Source of the DNA: Bacteroidota bacterium
GTDB lineage: Bacteria; Bacteroidota; Bacteroidia; Bacteroidales; GCA-2748055
Length of the DNA: 64,000 nucleotides
Direction of reading: 5' to 3'
Assembly (NCBI GenBank): GCA_043797815.1
Contig: JAZDPG010000063.1
Span: forward strand, 226,406 to 290,405
The position numbers and the translations under genes are program-made. Positions within the stretch are counted from its first letter, which is position 1. Each line of letters starts with the position of its first letter. The notes under the pieces were generated by a model. The model searched no databases, was not told the origin of the DNA, and worked only from the letters and a program-made list of their open reading frames with translations. Below are positions 9,349 to 19,536 of the stretch, piece after piece.

Positions 9349-10747
9349 TGTAACCCAGTATGTTGAACATTTCATCAACCGACTGCTCCTCGCGGTACAC
9401 ATGATCAACAATGTTCCCTTTCGAATCGCGGTCAATGATTACATGTTTGGGGGAAGGAATCAGGCAGTGCTTGATTCCTCCGTACCCGCTGATGGCGTCC
9501 TGGTAGGCTCCTGTGTGGAAGAAACCCAGGTAAAGGGGTTCCTTTTCCTTGTTGCTGTATTTGGGAAGCAGCACTTCCTGGTTCAGGTCTTCCGAATTGT
9601 AATAGTCCGAATGGTCGCAGCTGATCCCGCCGATATTGACCCTTCCGTACTCATTGTTCCATTTGTTAACAGGCAGTAAAATGAATTTCTCATGGATCGA
9701 CCAGGCATCGGGGATGGTATTCATCAGGCTGTTGTTGATGATGTACCAGGCTTCGGTGTCATTCTGCAGTTTTTGTTCCAGGACCTTGAAGATGATGGCG
9801 CCTGCCTCACCCACGGTATACCTGCCGAATTCGGTAAAAATATCAGGTTCCATTACTTTCTCTTTTTCACAGGCCTCCTTCAAATTTATAATGATCTCAT
9901 TGATCATGTATTCATAGTCGTATTCGAAACCCAGGTGGCTTCGGATGGGAAATCCTCCTCCCAGGTTGAATGAATTCAGATTTTCGCTCTCCTTTTTGAG
10001 TTCAACATATAGTTTAAGGGCCTTCTGAAACTCACCCCAGTAATAGAGGGTGTCTTTGATCCCGGAGTCCACAAAGAAATGAAGCATCTTTAATTCGACC
10101 CTTTTATTGTCCCTGATGTGTTTTTTAAAGAAAGCAACGATTTCATCGGGAGGAATGCCCAGCCGGGAAGTATAATAGGCAGACTGAGCCTCTTCCTCAA
10201 TGGCCATTCTTAATCCGATCTTGATGGGGGAATCAGTTTTATATTTAAGCAAGCGGTCCAGTTCCTGCGTGCTGTCAAGAATGACGACTGAATTCTGAAA
10301 ACCAGCCTGCTGCAGTTGTATGATCCTTTTGAGATAATCGTCTGTCTTATATCCGTTGTGAACGATCAGACGGTCCTTATCCAGTTTTTTCTTTTCATGA
10401 AAATTCAGTATCAGATCAATATCAAAAGCTGAGGAAGTCTCAATATCGACCTTGTGTTTGAGAGCTTCGTTGATCACATGGTAAAAATGGTTGCATTTTG
10501 TGCAATAGCAAAAATGATAACTGCCCCTGTAGTCGTTGTTTTTGATGGCCCGGTTGAACAGATTCCGGGCTTTCTTAATCTGGTCCCCGATTTTTGGTAA
10601 ATAGATAAACCGGAAAGGCGTACCATGCTTCTCGATCAGGTGCTTCAGGGAGACTCCGTGGAAGGTCAGCGAACCGTCTCTCAGGTCAAAGCCTTCCTGG
10701 GGGAAATAGTAGGTTTGCTCTATCAGGTCGAAGTAGGTATTTTTCAT
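9341..10747 (-). CDS. Arginine decarboxylase (PLP-dependent Orn/DAP/Arg decarboxylase fold)
   Basis: The true start is judged to be the ATG at 10747 (MKNTYFDLIEQTYYFPQEGF…). The track start at 10966 adds 73 residues that do not look like protein. Fold-type III decarboxylase motifs are present (NLGGGFPI, HTGAYQ). Operon context with agmatinase supports the call. Confidence 0.75.
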   Translation of the reverse strand: MKNTYFDLIEQTYYFPQEGFDLRDGSLTFHGVSLKHLIEKHGTPFRFIYLPKIGDQIKKARNLFNRAIKNNDYRGSYHFCYCTKCNHFYHVINEALKHKVDIETSSAFDIDLILNFHEKKKLDKDRLIVHNGYKTDDYLKRIIQLQQAGFQNSVVILDSTQELDRLLKYKTDSPIKIGLRMAIEEEAQSAYYTSRLGIPPDEIVAFFKKHIRDNKRVELKMLHFFVDSGIKDTLYYWGEFQKALKLYVELKKESENLNSFNLGGGFPIRSHLGFEYDYEYMINEIIINLKEACEKEKVMEPDIFTEFGRYTVGEAGAIIFKVLEQKLQNDTEAWYIINNSLMNTIPDAWSIHEKFILLPVNKWNNEYGRVNIGGISCDHSDYYNSEDLNQEVLLPKYSNKEKEPLYLGFFHTGAYQDAISGYGGIKHCLIPSPKHVIIDRDSKGNIVDHVYREEQSVDEMFNILGYNE

Positions 10748-11008
10748 CCGATTATAAATTAGTGCCCCGAAATTAAAATATTTATTAATTCGGTGTTGGT
10801 GTTTTTGTGATTTTCTTAACAAATTAAGGCAAAACCATTTAGCAATCAGAAGGTTGTGCCAGCTATCACCTTCAGATGGGATGCCGGACCTGTAAACTGG
10901 CATCTGCATACGGTGGTGAGGGCCCCCAATGGCAATGGTTACGGGAAGGAGTTGCTCAAATTCCAAATTATTTCCTTATGTTTCGATTCCGAAACCGCCA
11001 TCTGATCT

Positions 11009-13120
11009 ATGAACCAACATAACCATGCCAGGCGTGAAAAGAAACCGGGACGGGAAGTCCTGTTCAGGCTCATTTCTGTCAGTCTGCCCTTGCTTTTTCT
11101 GCTGCTTCTGGAAGGTGTATTAAGGCTGGTTTCCTACGGAGATAACCTGGGCCTGTTTATTCAGAATCCGGTGGAAGGGTACGAAGCCTACATGATCGTA
11201 AACCCGGTTGTAGGGAAAAAGTACTTTCATAAACTGGAACATACAGCTCCGCCCAATGATATTTTCCTGAAGAAAAAGCCCGAAGGGACCTTCAGGGTAT
11301 TCGTGATGGGCAGCTCCACCGTGGTAGGGTTTCCCCATGAAAGCAACCTGATGTTTTCCCGGATTTTGCACAAGAGACTTGAAGATGCGTTTCCCGGGAG
11401 AGATATCGAAGTGGTCAACACGGCCATTACTGCCATCAACAGCTATACCCTCCTGGATTTTGCGGGTCAGATCGTCAAATATGAACCCGATGCCATACTG
11501 GTATATGCCGGCCACAACGAATTCTATGGCGCCTTCGGGGCGGGTTCCAACGAAAGCATGAGCAAGAGCCGGTGGCTGACCAGGCTCAACCTGGCCTTGA
11601 TGGATTTCAGATTCTTCCAGCTGGTCAGGAATACTGCCGATAAAATAGGAGCCGGCAAATCGGAACCGGTACACGGAACCCTGATGAAACGCATAGTGGC
11701 CAGTCAGGATATTCCCTATGAGAGTGAAACCTACCGGCTGGCCATGACCCGGTACGCGCAGAACATGGGTGATCTGCTGGCCATATTCAGTGACAGGGAG
11801 ATCCCTGTTTTCATCAGTGAAGTCGTGAGCAATGTGAAGGATATCAAGCCATTAAGTGCTCTTTCCGCAGGGAAGGAAGACGAAGCATGGAAAACATATG
11901 TGCAGGCTGCCGCTGCCTGTAAAAAGGGTGAGTATGATTATGCCCGGGACTTCTTTTATAAGGCCAAGGACCTGGACGGAGTCCGGTTCAGGGCCAGTGA
12001 GGAGGTGAATGAGATCATCCGGAAGCTTGCCGGGGAATACAGCATATACCTCGTGCCCATGCTGGATCAGTTTCAGGCCGCTTCGCCCCACGGTCTGATC
12101 GGGAACAACCTGATGACAGAGCATGTGCATCCGAATATTGCAGGGGCGTTTTTAATGGCCGATGCATTTTACAGGGCGGTTGCAGCATCAGGCATCCTGG
12201 GAGAGGAAGATCAGCATTCATACCATCCATCTGCATACTACAAGGCCAACTGGGGCTACACCGAACTGGACAGTTTGCTGGCCCATCACCGGATTGCCAA
12301 CCTGAAAACACACTGGCCCTTTGTTCCCGTAGAGACAGGCGAAAAGGATTACCGGCTGACTTACAGTCCTGTCTCCATGCTGGATTCAATCGCATTTTCC
12401 GCCATGAAAGATCCGGGAAAATCACTGTTTGAAAGGAGACTCTCCCTGGCACGGGAATATGAATCCAAAGGAAACCTGGCAGCTGCCTATGGCGAGTATG
12501 AGGCCATGTTGCGGACCAATCCATACCGGGCAGTGAACTACCGCGATGCAGCCTCGGTGCTCATTAAGCTGGGCGACCTGCCCCTTGCATTGGCCTATTT
12601 CAAAAAATCGCTGGTATATGAGCCCTCGTTTTATGCCATTTACAGGATGGGGGAAATCTGCTTGATCAAGGGGGATGATGCCAGTGCAAAAAAATACTTC
12701 CGGGAGGGATTTTCCCTGGCCAAAGACAACGGGGACAAGCTGAAGTCACTGGGCAAACTTTATCAGTCGTGCGTTTATGACAATCAGCCGGCTGAGGCAA
12801 AAGCCATTGCGGGGCAGCTGCAGAAATATGGCGCCACCCAATATCTAAGGATCCCTCCCAAAAGTTATACCTATACCCGGTACATTCCATTTCAAACCAG
12901 AAATCAGGTTTTGGATGCAGAACAGATGATGTCAGAGGGCCGGTTTGCTGAAGCCGTTGAGATCCTGGAAGCCTCACTGAAACGATATGACTCCCATATG
13001 GCCCGCCGGTATCTGGGCGAATGCTATCTTCAGACGGGGGATACCCTCAGTGCCCGTAGTCAGCTTGAAAGGGTGAAGGAGGAGTTTGCCTTTGATCCTG
13101 ATTTTAAGCTAATTCAATGA
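11009..13120 (+). CDS. SGNH/GDSL-like hydrolase fused to C-terminal TPR repeats
   Basis: 703 aa. It has an N-terminal TM/signal anchor, an SGNH-like block I (FRVFVMGSSTVVG) and a later GHNEF block. The C-terminal third has TPR-like repeats (AAAYGEYEAMLRTNP…, ALAYFKKSLVYEP…). Confidence 0.55.
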   Translation: MNQHNHARREKKPGREVLFRLISVSLPLLFLLLLEGVLRLVSYGDNLGLFIQNPVEGYEAYMIVNPVVGKKYFHKLEHTAPPNDIFLKKKPEGTFRVFVMGSSTVVGFPHESNLMFSRILHKRLEDAFPGRDIEVVNTAITAINSYTLLDFAGQIVKYEPDAILVYAGHNEFYGAFGAGSNESMSKSRWLTRLNLALMDFRFFQLVRNTADKIGAGKSEPVHGTLMKRIVASQDIPYESETYRLAMTRYAQNMGDLLAIFSDREIPVFISEVVSNVKDIKPLSALSAGKEDEAWKTYVQAAAACKKGEYDYARDFFYKAKDLDGVRFRASEEVNEIIRKLAGEYSIYLVPMLDQFQAASPHGLIGNNLMTEHVHPNIAGAFLMADAFYRAVAASGILGEEDQHSYHPSAYYKANWGYTELDSLLAHHRIANLKTHWPFVPVETGEKDYRLTYSPVSMLDSIAFSAMKDPGKSLFERRLSLAREYESKGNLAAAYGEYEAMLRTNPYRAVNYRDAASVLIKLGDLPLALAYFKKSLVYEPSFYAIYRMGEICLIKGDDASAKKYFREGFSLAKDNGDKLKSLGKLYQSCVYDNQPAEAKAIAGQLQKYGATQYLRIPPKSYTYTRYIPFQTRNQVLDAEQMMSEGRFAEAVEILEASLKRYDSHMARRYLGECYLQTGDTLSARSQLERVKEEFAFDPDFKLIQ

Positions 13121-13186
13121 GCTCAATAAAACTTTTTTAAATGGATGGTGTTTTATAGATCAGACGCAATACAAATATTCAGAACC

Positions 13187-13594
13187 ATGAATTTACACAG
13201 GACCATACTCACAGTTTTTCTTTCGGTTTTTTTCTTGGCCATTCAAGCCCAGAATCAGAGCACAACCATCAAAATTACCGATATAAACGGAGTTACCACA
13301 GTGGTGAAAAATGCCACCTCTTCTTCTTCCACCTCGTGCAATTCACCCGATTTCCCTGCCCTCAAAGGCGGATCCCGAAGGGATATCAACTTTAATGAAC
13401 TGAAGTTTATCACTGTTGTTCATGACCGTATCGCGGGTGAAAATGACATCTATATTGGTGTGGAACTGGAGTACAGGAACGGAAGTACCGAACCGGTTGA
13501 GATGATCAGGAACATCCGTTTCTCGGGCAAATCCGATGCAGGCGATTTCAGCATTGCGGTGAAGGAGATCAGCCTTGTGGAGGTTCTGCATTAG
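13187..13594 (+). CDS. Hypothetical secreted protein
   Basis: The ATG at 13187 gives a classical signal peptide (MNLHRTILTVFLSVFFLAIQAQ). I recognise no family. Confidence 0.45.
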   Translation: MNLHRTILTVFLSVFFLAIQAQNQSTTIKITDINGVTTVVKNATSSSSTSCNSPDFPALKGGSRRDINFNELKFITVVHDRIAGENDIYIGVELEYRNGSTEPVEMIRNIRFSGKSDAGDFSIAVKEISLVEVLH

Positions 13595-14580
13595 GTTACC
13601 AGCAGGTTACATCCCCGGACATCGGAGTGGTCGAACCGGCCCAGCACCTCAAAGGAGCCGTCCTTAAAACATTTCCCCAGGTCGCCCGTGGCAATGAAGG
13701 AACAGCTGTACAGGTTGGCCAGGTCAATGACATTCAGGCCGCCGGTCTGCCCCTCTTCAACCGGTGAGAGCGGATCGTTGGGATCCCTGGCCAAAACATG
13801 CATCCAGGGGGGGCAATAAAAGATCCCGTTCCCGGAGGAGTAGGCCTGGGACAACAGCTCGGTCATCCCGTACTCGGAATGAATGGAAGCAACACGGAAT
13901 ACGCCAGTGAGCACCTCATGCAATTCACTTCTTACCATCTCTGCTCTTCTCCCCTTCATCCCGCCGGTTTCCATCACACTGGTGTTTTTCCAGAGTTCAA
14001 GCGGATGTTGTTCGGCCAGGTCAAGCAGGGCGAAACTTACTCCAAGAAGCAGGGTTGGATGGCCATCCTTGTTTCGTTTTTGCAGGATGGATGCCAGCGC
14101 CTCCAGATTGTCCAGCCAGAACCCGCTGTCCGGGTGCTTCGACCACCGGATCAGCCGGTCCATCATGTAAACCAGGGAGCTGGCTGTGCGCTCCAGGTAT
14201 GAGGGCAGCAGGGCCAGGATGCAGAGATCTTCCGGTGAACCATAAAAAGCATTAAAACTCCGAAGGAAGCTCTCCCGGTAAAGGGAGGCCCTGGCCACAT
14301 GGTGCCTGGCCGGATTGTCCAGGGTGGTGCCGCTGCTCTCAAAGACCACCTCGGCTTCCATGCCTTCACAAATGACTTTGTGCGATTTGAAAAATTCCAC
14401 AGGCAAAAACGGGATATCCTCCATCTCCTTTACACCTGCCGGATCCACCCCCAGGGCCCCCAGGTACTCCCGGTACACCGGTACCGATTCAGCCTGGAAT
14501 TGAAAAACCTCCAGGGCAGCCGCCCTGAAGGTTCTATCATCCTGTATCTTAAACATCCGTTCTGTAAAAGCCTGATCCAT
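13591..14580 (-). CDS. LuxE/PaaK-like acyl-protein synthetase / acyltransferase family protein
   Basis: The N-terminal pattern (MFKIQDDRTFRAAALEVFQFQAESVPVYREYL) and the ~325-aa length match the Bacteroidota LuxE-like family as I recall it. The start is ambiguous (14580 or 14556). The track start at 14682 is probably too long. Confidence 0.5.
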   Translation of the reverse strand: MDQAFTERMFKIQDDRTFRAAALEVFQFQAESVPVYREYLGALGVDPAGVKEMEDIPFLPVEFFKSHKVICEGMEAEVVFESSGTTLDNPARHHVARASLYRESFLRSFNAFYGSPEDLCILALLPSYLERTASSLVYMMDRLIRWSKHPDSGFWLDNLEALASILQKRNKDGHPTLLLGVSFALLDLAEQHPLELWKNTSVMETGGMKGRRAEMVRSELHEVLTGVFRVASIHSEYGMTELLSQAYSSGNGIFYCPPWMHVLARDPNDPLSPVEEGQTGGLNVIDLANLYSCSFIATGDLGKCFKDGSFEVLGRFDHSDVRGCNLLVT

Positions 14581-14718
14581 TTCTTCCTTCTTTCCTTTTC
14601 CCACCAAGGCACAGGCATCATAAATGTGCTCTGGCATGCTTGCGAAACAACCTGGCATTTTTTTGCTTTGCAAAATAAGCACGTTGTGAGAAATGCATGC
14701 CAGAGATATTTTAGAGTC

Positions 14719-15936
14719 TTACCCCCTGATGGCCTTGATACCCGGCAGTTCCTTGCCTTCGATGTACTCCAGCATGGCCCCGCCGCCTGTGGATACGTAG
14801 CTCACCTTGTCAGCCAGCCCGAATTTGTTCACCGCAGCCACAGAGTCGCCTCCGCCCACCAGGCTGAAAGCTCCCGCTGCAGTCGCATCAGCGATGGCCT
14901 GGGCAATGCTCACAGTCCCCTTCTGGAAGTTGGGCATTTCAAATACACCCATGGGTCCGTTCCAGAGAATGGTTTTGGAGTTCCTGATCACCTCAGAGAG
15001 TGTTTCCACCGATTTGGCTCCGATGTCCAGACCCATGTAGCCCGCTTTGCCCTTGTCAATACCGGCAAGTTCGGTTGAAGCATCGTTGTCAAACTTATCG
15101 GCCAGTACCTGGTCCACAGGAAGGATCAGGTTCACACCTTTGGCTTTCGCCTTTTTCACCAGCCCGGTGGCCACATCCAGCTTGTCATTTTCACAGAGTG
15201 AGTTCCCGATCTCGCCTCCCCGTGCCTTGATAAAGGTATAGGTCATCCCGCCGCCAATGATCAGGTTGTCCACCACATCCAGCAGGTTTTCGATCACCTG
15301 GATCTTGTCAGAAACCTTGGCCCCGCCCATGATGGCTGTCATGGGTTTCTCGGAGTTGTGAAGCACCTTGTCCATGGCTTCGATCTCCCTGTTGATCAGG
15401 AATCCGAACATTTTGGAATCCGCATCGAAAAAGTCTGCAATCACCGCCGTGGAGCCATGGGCACGGTGGGCGGTTCCGAAAGCATCGTTCACATAGACAT
15501 CAGCATAAGTGGATAACTTTTCCGCAAATACCCTCGTGGCCGCCCGCTCTTCATCGGTCTTGATCTTGTCCTCGGCAGAATGGAAACGGAGATTTTCCAA
15601 TAAAAGCACCTGTCCGGGCTGAAGGGCGGCAGACTTTTCCACAGCCTCTTTCCCCATGCAGTCATTTGCAAACTGAATCTCCATACCAAGGTGATCAGAA
15701 AGGTTTGGAATCACATGCCTGAGGGAGAATTTCTCTTCGGGACCGCCTTTTGGACGTCCAAGGTGAGACATAAGGATGGCGGAACCACCGTCGGCGAGCA
15801 CCTTTTTAATGGTGAGAAGCGCACCACGGATCCGGGTATCGTCGCTTACCTCATACTGGGCGTTCAGGGGTACATTGAAGTCGACCCTGATGATGGCTTT
15901 TTTACCCGCAAAGTTATAATTATCAATAAGTTGCAT
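14719..15936 (-). CDS. pgk: Phosphoglycerate kinase
   Basis: From the ATG at 15936 the protein reads [25 protein letters not shown]…[10 protein letters not shown]…, the PGK signatures. The 580-aa track ORF (to 16461) is an artefactual 5' extension that runs antisense into holB. Confidence 0.95.
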   Translation of the reverse strand: MQLIDNYNFAGKKAIIRVDFNVPLNAQYEVSDDTRIRGALLTIKKVLADGGSAILMSHLGRPKGGPEEKFSLRHVIPNLSDHLGMEIQFANDCMGKEAVEKSAALQPGQVLLLENLRFHSAEDKIKTDEERAATRVFAEKLSTYADVYVNDAFGTAHRAHGSTAVIADFFDADSKMFGFLINREIEAMDKVLHNSEKPMTAIMGGAKVSDKIQVIENLLDVVDNLIIGGGMTYTFIKARGGEIGNSLCENDKLDVATGLVKKAKAKGVNLILPVDQVLADKFDNDASTELAGIDKGKAGYMGLDIGAKSVETLSEVIRNSKTILWNGPMGVFEMPNFQKGTVSIAQAIADATAAGAFSLVGGGDSVAAVNKFGLADKVSYVSTGGGAMLEYIEGKELPGIKAIRG

Positions 15937-16024
15937 ATCAGATAAATTTAAATTAATGATTACAAAACGGATTAGGAATTCCAAAGGTAAAAAAGAAAAT
16001 CTACATTTACAGTGCCAAAAGGAT

Positions 16025-17170
16025 ATGTTGTTCAGGGAGATCATCGGACAGAGGGAGATCAAGCGCAGACTTCTGAATATGGTGGATGAAGACCGCACCC
16101 CCCATGCACTGATGCTATTTGGTCCCCAGGGTACGGGAAAACTGAGTCTTGCAGTGGCTATGGCGCAGTACCTGGCCTGCCTCGATCGCCGGCCCGGCGA
16201 TGCCTGCGGGGTATGTCCGTCGTGTATCAAGTTCAGTAAACTGATCCACCCCGACCTGCACTTCGTGGTGCCGGTGACCACAACCCAGAAGGTGGCGTCC
16301 AAACCAACCACCGACTCCTTCCTGGAGTCCTGGAGAGAGGCTTTCCTGGACAATCCCCACCTTTCTGAAAACCAGTGGTACGAGGCCATCGGGGCAGAGA
16401 ACAAACAGGGGATCATCAATGTGGCAGAGAGCCAGGCAGTCATGGTCAAGCTGGGATTCAAACCCTATGAGTCGGATTACCGGATGATGATCATCTGGCT
16501 TCCTGAAAAGATGAACCAGGCTGCCGCAAACAAACTGCTTAAACTAATCGAGGAGCCCCCGGATAAAACATTGATCATCATGGTGGCAGACCATACCGAC
16601 AGGATTCTTCCCACCATTCTGAGCCGGACACAACTGTTGCATGTACCGCCCCTGGCCCCGGGTGAGGTCAGGGAGGGGCTGCTGAAGGAACCGGGTTGTG
16701 ATCCGCAATTCATTGAGGATGCGGTACGCAGGGCCAATGGCAATTATAACCTGGCCCTGACAACCCTGCGGAGTGATGAACAGGAACGGCTGTATTATGA
16801 TTTGTTTACAGGGCTCATGCGGCTTGCTTACGCAAGGAAGATTCTTGAGATCAACGTTTGGGTGGATGAAGTTTCGGTGATGGGCCGCGAGCGCCAGAAA
16901 CAACTGCTGGATTACTCCCTGAGGATTCTGCGCGAAAATTTCATGCTTCACATGAAGCAGGACGATCTGAACTTCATGTCGGCGAAGGAGGCGGAATTTT
17001 CTGAAAAGTTCAGTCCCTTCATCCACGAAGGGAATATTCATGGGCTGGTCGAGCAGTTCACGCTTGCTGGAAACCACATCGAAGCCAACGGTTATCCAAA
17101 AATTGTATTGATGGACCTCTCCATCAGGGTGATCCGCTTGTTGCTGCAGAAGGCTCCGCAGGAAGGTTAG
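16025..17170 (+). CDS. holB: DNA polymerase III subunit delta-prime
   Basis: Clamp-loader AAA+ features are present: MLFREIIGQ…, GPQGTGK, the zinc module CGVCPSC, and a following SRTQ-like TILSRTQ. The ATG at 16025 is preferred over the track start at 15956. Confidence 0.8.
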   Translation: MLFREIIGQREIKRRLLNMVDEDRTPHALMLFGPQGTGKLSLAVAMAQYLACLDRRPGDACGVCPSCIKFSKLIHPDLHFVVPVTTTQKVASKPTTDSFLESWREAFLDNPHLSENQWYEAIGAENKQGIINVAESQAVMVKLGFKPYESDYRMMIIWLPEKMNQAAANKLLKLIEEPPDKTLIIMVADHTDRILPTILSRTQLLHVPPLAPGEVREGLLKEPGCDPQFIEDAVRRANGNYNLALTTLRSDEQERLYYDLFTGLMRLAYARKILEINVWVDEVSVMGRERQKQLLDYSLRILRENFMLHMKQDDLNFMSAKEAEFSEKFSPFIHEGNIHGLVEQFTLAGNHIEANGYPKIVLMDLSIRVIRLLLQKAPQEG

Positions 17171-17208
17171 CCAGGTTTTGTTTTCGAATTCCGATTCCCT
17201 ATTTTTGC

Positions 17209-18432
17209 ATGATGGAAAACCTGAAGGCAAGAGGTTGCTGCACCGAGAAACAGCTGGAGATATCCGGTGACAATGCCGAGCGCATTGATTCCTATTTCAG
17301 TACATGTTCAAAGCTGGATTCTTATAACTGGCTTAGAGAGGTTTCGGACATGGATATTCCCGAAGTAGTGGAGATCCGGTTTAAAAACACCCGGAAGGGA
17401 TTCTACCGAAATGTGAATGACCTTCGCCTGAAACGTGGAGATATTGTGGCAGTGGAGGCCTCGCCGGGCCATGATATTGGTATCGTCAACCTGGCAGGAG
17501 AGATCGTAAATAAACAACAGGAAAAAACCAAATACAACCCGGCCGAAGAGCTGAAGAAAGTCTACCGGAAAGCCAAGGAAGCAGACATTGACAAATGGAG
17601 GGAATCCATCGCAAAAGAAAAGGAAACCATGCTTCGAAGCCGTCAGCTTGCCTCTGACCTGGGACTGAACATGAAGATCGGAGATGTGGAATTCCAGGGT
17701 GACAATACCAAGGCAGTTTTTTACTATATTGCTGATGAACGGGTGGATTTCCGGCAGCTGATCAAGGTGCTGGCCGAATCGTTCAGGGTCCGCATTGAGA
17801 TGCGGCAGATTGGAGCAAGGCAGGAAGCCGGGAAGATCGGGGGAATTGGTACATGCGGCAGGGAGTTGTGTTGTTCCACCTTTATCACCAATTTTGTTTC
17901 CGTAAGTACTTACGCGGCACGGATCCAGGAGGTGGCACTGAATCCCCAGAAACTTGCAGGACAATGCGGAAAGCTGAAGTGCTGCCTGAACTATGAGATG
18001 GCGGGGTATGAGGATGCCAGGAAAAAGTTTCCAAAAGTAAGCACACCTTTGAAAACCACAACCGGGGAAGCCCATCTTCTGAAAACTGATGTGTACAGGG
18101 GGATCATGTGGTATGCCTATGGCGGAGGCGGATCCCAGGCCCTGCTGCCCGTTTCAGTGGAAAGGGTGGCGGAGATAATCGAAATGAACAGGAGTGGAAA
18201 ATTTCCAGATGAAATCATCGAATCAGGTACGCTGAAGCAGGCTCCCAAACTGGACTATACCAGCGGGGTTGGAGAGGAGAGCCTTACCCGGTTTGAAACC
18301 AATCGTCCCAAAAGGAAGAAAGACGCAACCCGCCACGCAATCCACAGTCTAAATCATGATACGCTCCAGGTTTCTGCTTCTCATCTTTCTCATCCTCCCG
18401 GTTTCATCATGCGACCCCCTGATGGTGTATGA
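17209..18432 (+). CDS. ricT: PSP1 domain protein (RicT/YaaT-like)
   Basis: PSP1 C-terminal region with a cysteine cluster (GTCGRELCCSTF…GQCGKLKCCLNYE). It lies directly after holB, as in many bacteria. The 3' end overlaps gldH by 77 nt. Confidence 0.75.
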   Translation: MMENLKARGCCTEKQLEISGDNAERIDSYFSTCSKLDSYNWLREVSDMDIPEVVEIRFKNTRKGFYRNVNDLRLKRGDIVAVEASPGHDIGIVNLAGEIVNKQQEKTKYNPAEELKKVYRKAKEADIDKWRESIAKEKETMLRSRQLASDLGLNMKIGDVEFQGDNTKAVFYYIADERVDFRQLIKVLAESFRVRIEMRQIGARQEAGKIGGIGTCGRELCCSTFITNFVSVSTYAARIQEVALNPQKLAGQCGKLKCCLNYEMAGYEDARKKFPKVSTPLKTTTGEAHLLKTDVYRGIMWYAYGGGGSQALLPVSVERVAEIIEMNRSGKFPDEIIESGTLKQAPKLDYTSGVGEESLTRFETNRPKRKKDATRHAIHSLNHDTLQVSASHLSHPPGFIMRPPDGV

Positions 18433-18823
18433 TGAATATATGAACACCAAAGACGGGCAGTGGAAGTGGACTGATGTGGGTGTTTTCCAGGTGGAGATGA
18501 CCGATACAATATCCCTTTACAACATATTCCTGCAGGTACGGCATACGGTTGACTATCCCATGAGCAATCTCTATATGTTTGTTTTGCTGAAAAGCCCCTC
18601 AGGGCAATTTGTCAGGGATACGGTCAACATGAACCTTGCTGCCCCCGACGGAAAATGGACCGGGAATGGTACAGGCCGGTTCCGTGAGCTAAGGCTGCTC
18701 TACAGACAGCAGATCCGTTTCAGCGAACAGGGTATTTATACCATCTCACTTGAGCAGGCCATGCGAAAATCCGAGCTTCCGGTAACCAATGTAGGGGTTC
18801 GCATCGAACGGATAAAGCTTTAA
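18356..18823 (+). CDS. gldH: Gliding motility lipoprotein GldH
   Basis: 155 aa. Lipoprotein signal with lipobox (LILPVSSC). The sequence (…WKWTDVGVFQVEMTD…YPMSNLYMFV…APDGKWTGNG) matches my memory of GldH. The PSP1-gldH gene order is as in Flavobacterium. Confidence 0.75.
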   Translation: MIRSRFLLLIFLILPVSSCDPLMVYDEYMNTKDGQWKWTDVGVFQVEMTDTISLYNIFLQVRHTVDYPMSNLYMFVLLKSPSGQFVRDTVNMNLAAPDGKWTGNGTGRFRELRLLYRQQIRFSEQGIYTISLEQAMRKSELPVTNVGVRIERIKL

Positions 18824-18828
18824 GTATT

Positions 18829-19536
18829 TTGGGAAAGAACAAGCTGAAAAGATTCAGGGAACTGGAGACTCTCAGCCGGATATTTCAGCCGGCGTTTGAA
18901 GAGGTCTATCAAAAGGATTATCATCTGAAGGGCAGGTGGGGGCAGGAAGTTTTTAAAAATGACAATCCCCTGATCCTTGAACTGGGGTGCGGAAAAGGGG
19001 AGTATACTGTTGGACTGGCCATTATGAACCCGGACAAGAATTACATGGGACTGGATATCAAGGGTGCACGGATCTGGAGGGGAGTACGCGAGACCAATGA
19101 CGGAGGATTGAAGAATGTGGCTTTCCTCCGCACACGTATCGATGTCATTAACTCCTTCTTTACCCCTGGTGAAGTGGATGAGATATGGATAACTTTCCCC
19201 GATCCCCAGGAAAAGAGACGCCGCCAAAAAAAGCGCCTCACAGGAGCCCTCTTCCTGAACCGGTACAGGGAAATAATGAAGGATGGAGGAATCATTCACC
19301 TGAAAACCGATAACCGCGGACTCTACACCTATAACCTGGAACTGGCCCGGTATAACGGGCTGGCAATAGACAGGTATACGGACGACCTTTACCTTACGGA
19401 CTGGGATGATGAAACGGTGTCGATCCAGACTTTTTACGAGACCCGGTTCAGGGAGGAGGGGGCCAGGATCCATTTTATCCGGTTCAGGCTACCCGTTAAC
19501 AGGGAGATCAAGGAATTACCCCATGACACCGAATAA
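18829..19536 (+). CDS. trmB: tRNA (guanine46-N7)-methyltransferase
   Basis: SAM-binding motif ILELGCGKGEY and the conserved FPDPQEKRR… (FPDPW/H-like) block. Typical TrmB length. Confidence 0.85.
   Translation: MGKNKLKRFRELETLSRIFQPAFEEVYQKDYHLKGRWGQEVFKNDNPLILELGCGKGEYTVGLAIMNPDKNYMGLDIKGARIWRGVRETNDGGLKNVAFLRTRIDVINSFFTPGEVDEIWITFPDPQEKRRRQKKRLTGALFLNRYREIMKDGGIIHLKTDNRGLYTYNLELARYNGLAIDRYTDDLYLTDWDDETVSIQTFYETRFREEGARIHFIRFRLPVNREIKELPHDTE

Noticed and set aside
14719-16461. The 580-aa version of the pgk ORF; likewise the 541-aa version of the ADC ORF (to 10966) and the 578-aa version of gltX (from 46980)
   Set aside because: The 5' extensions overlap neighbouring genes or intergenic DNA and translate to non-protein-like sequence. 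Internal ATGs reproduce canonical N-termini (MQLIDNYNF…, MKNTYFDL…, MSQNIRVRFAPSPTGPLHIGG).
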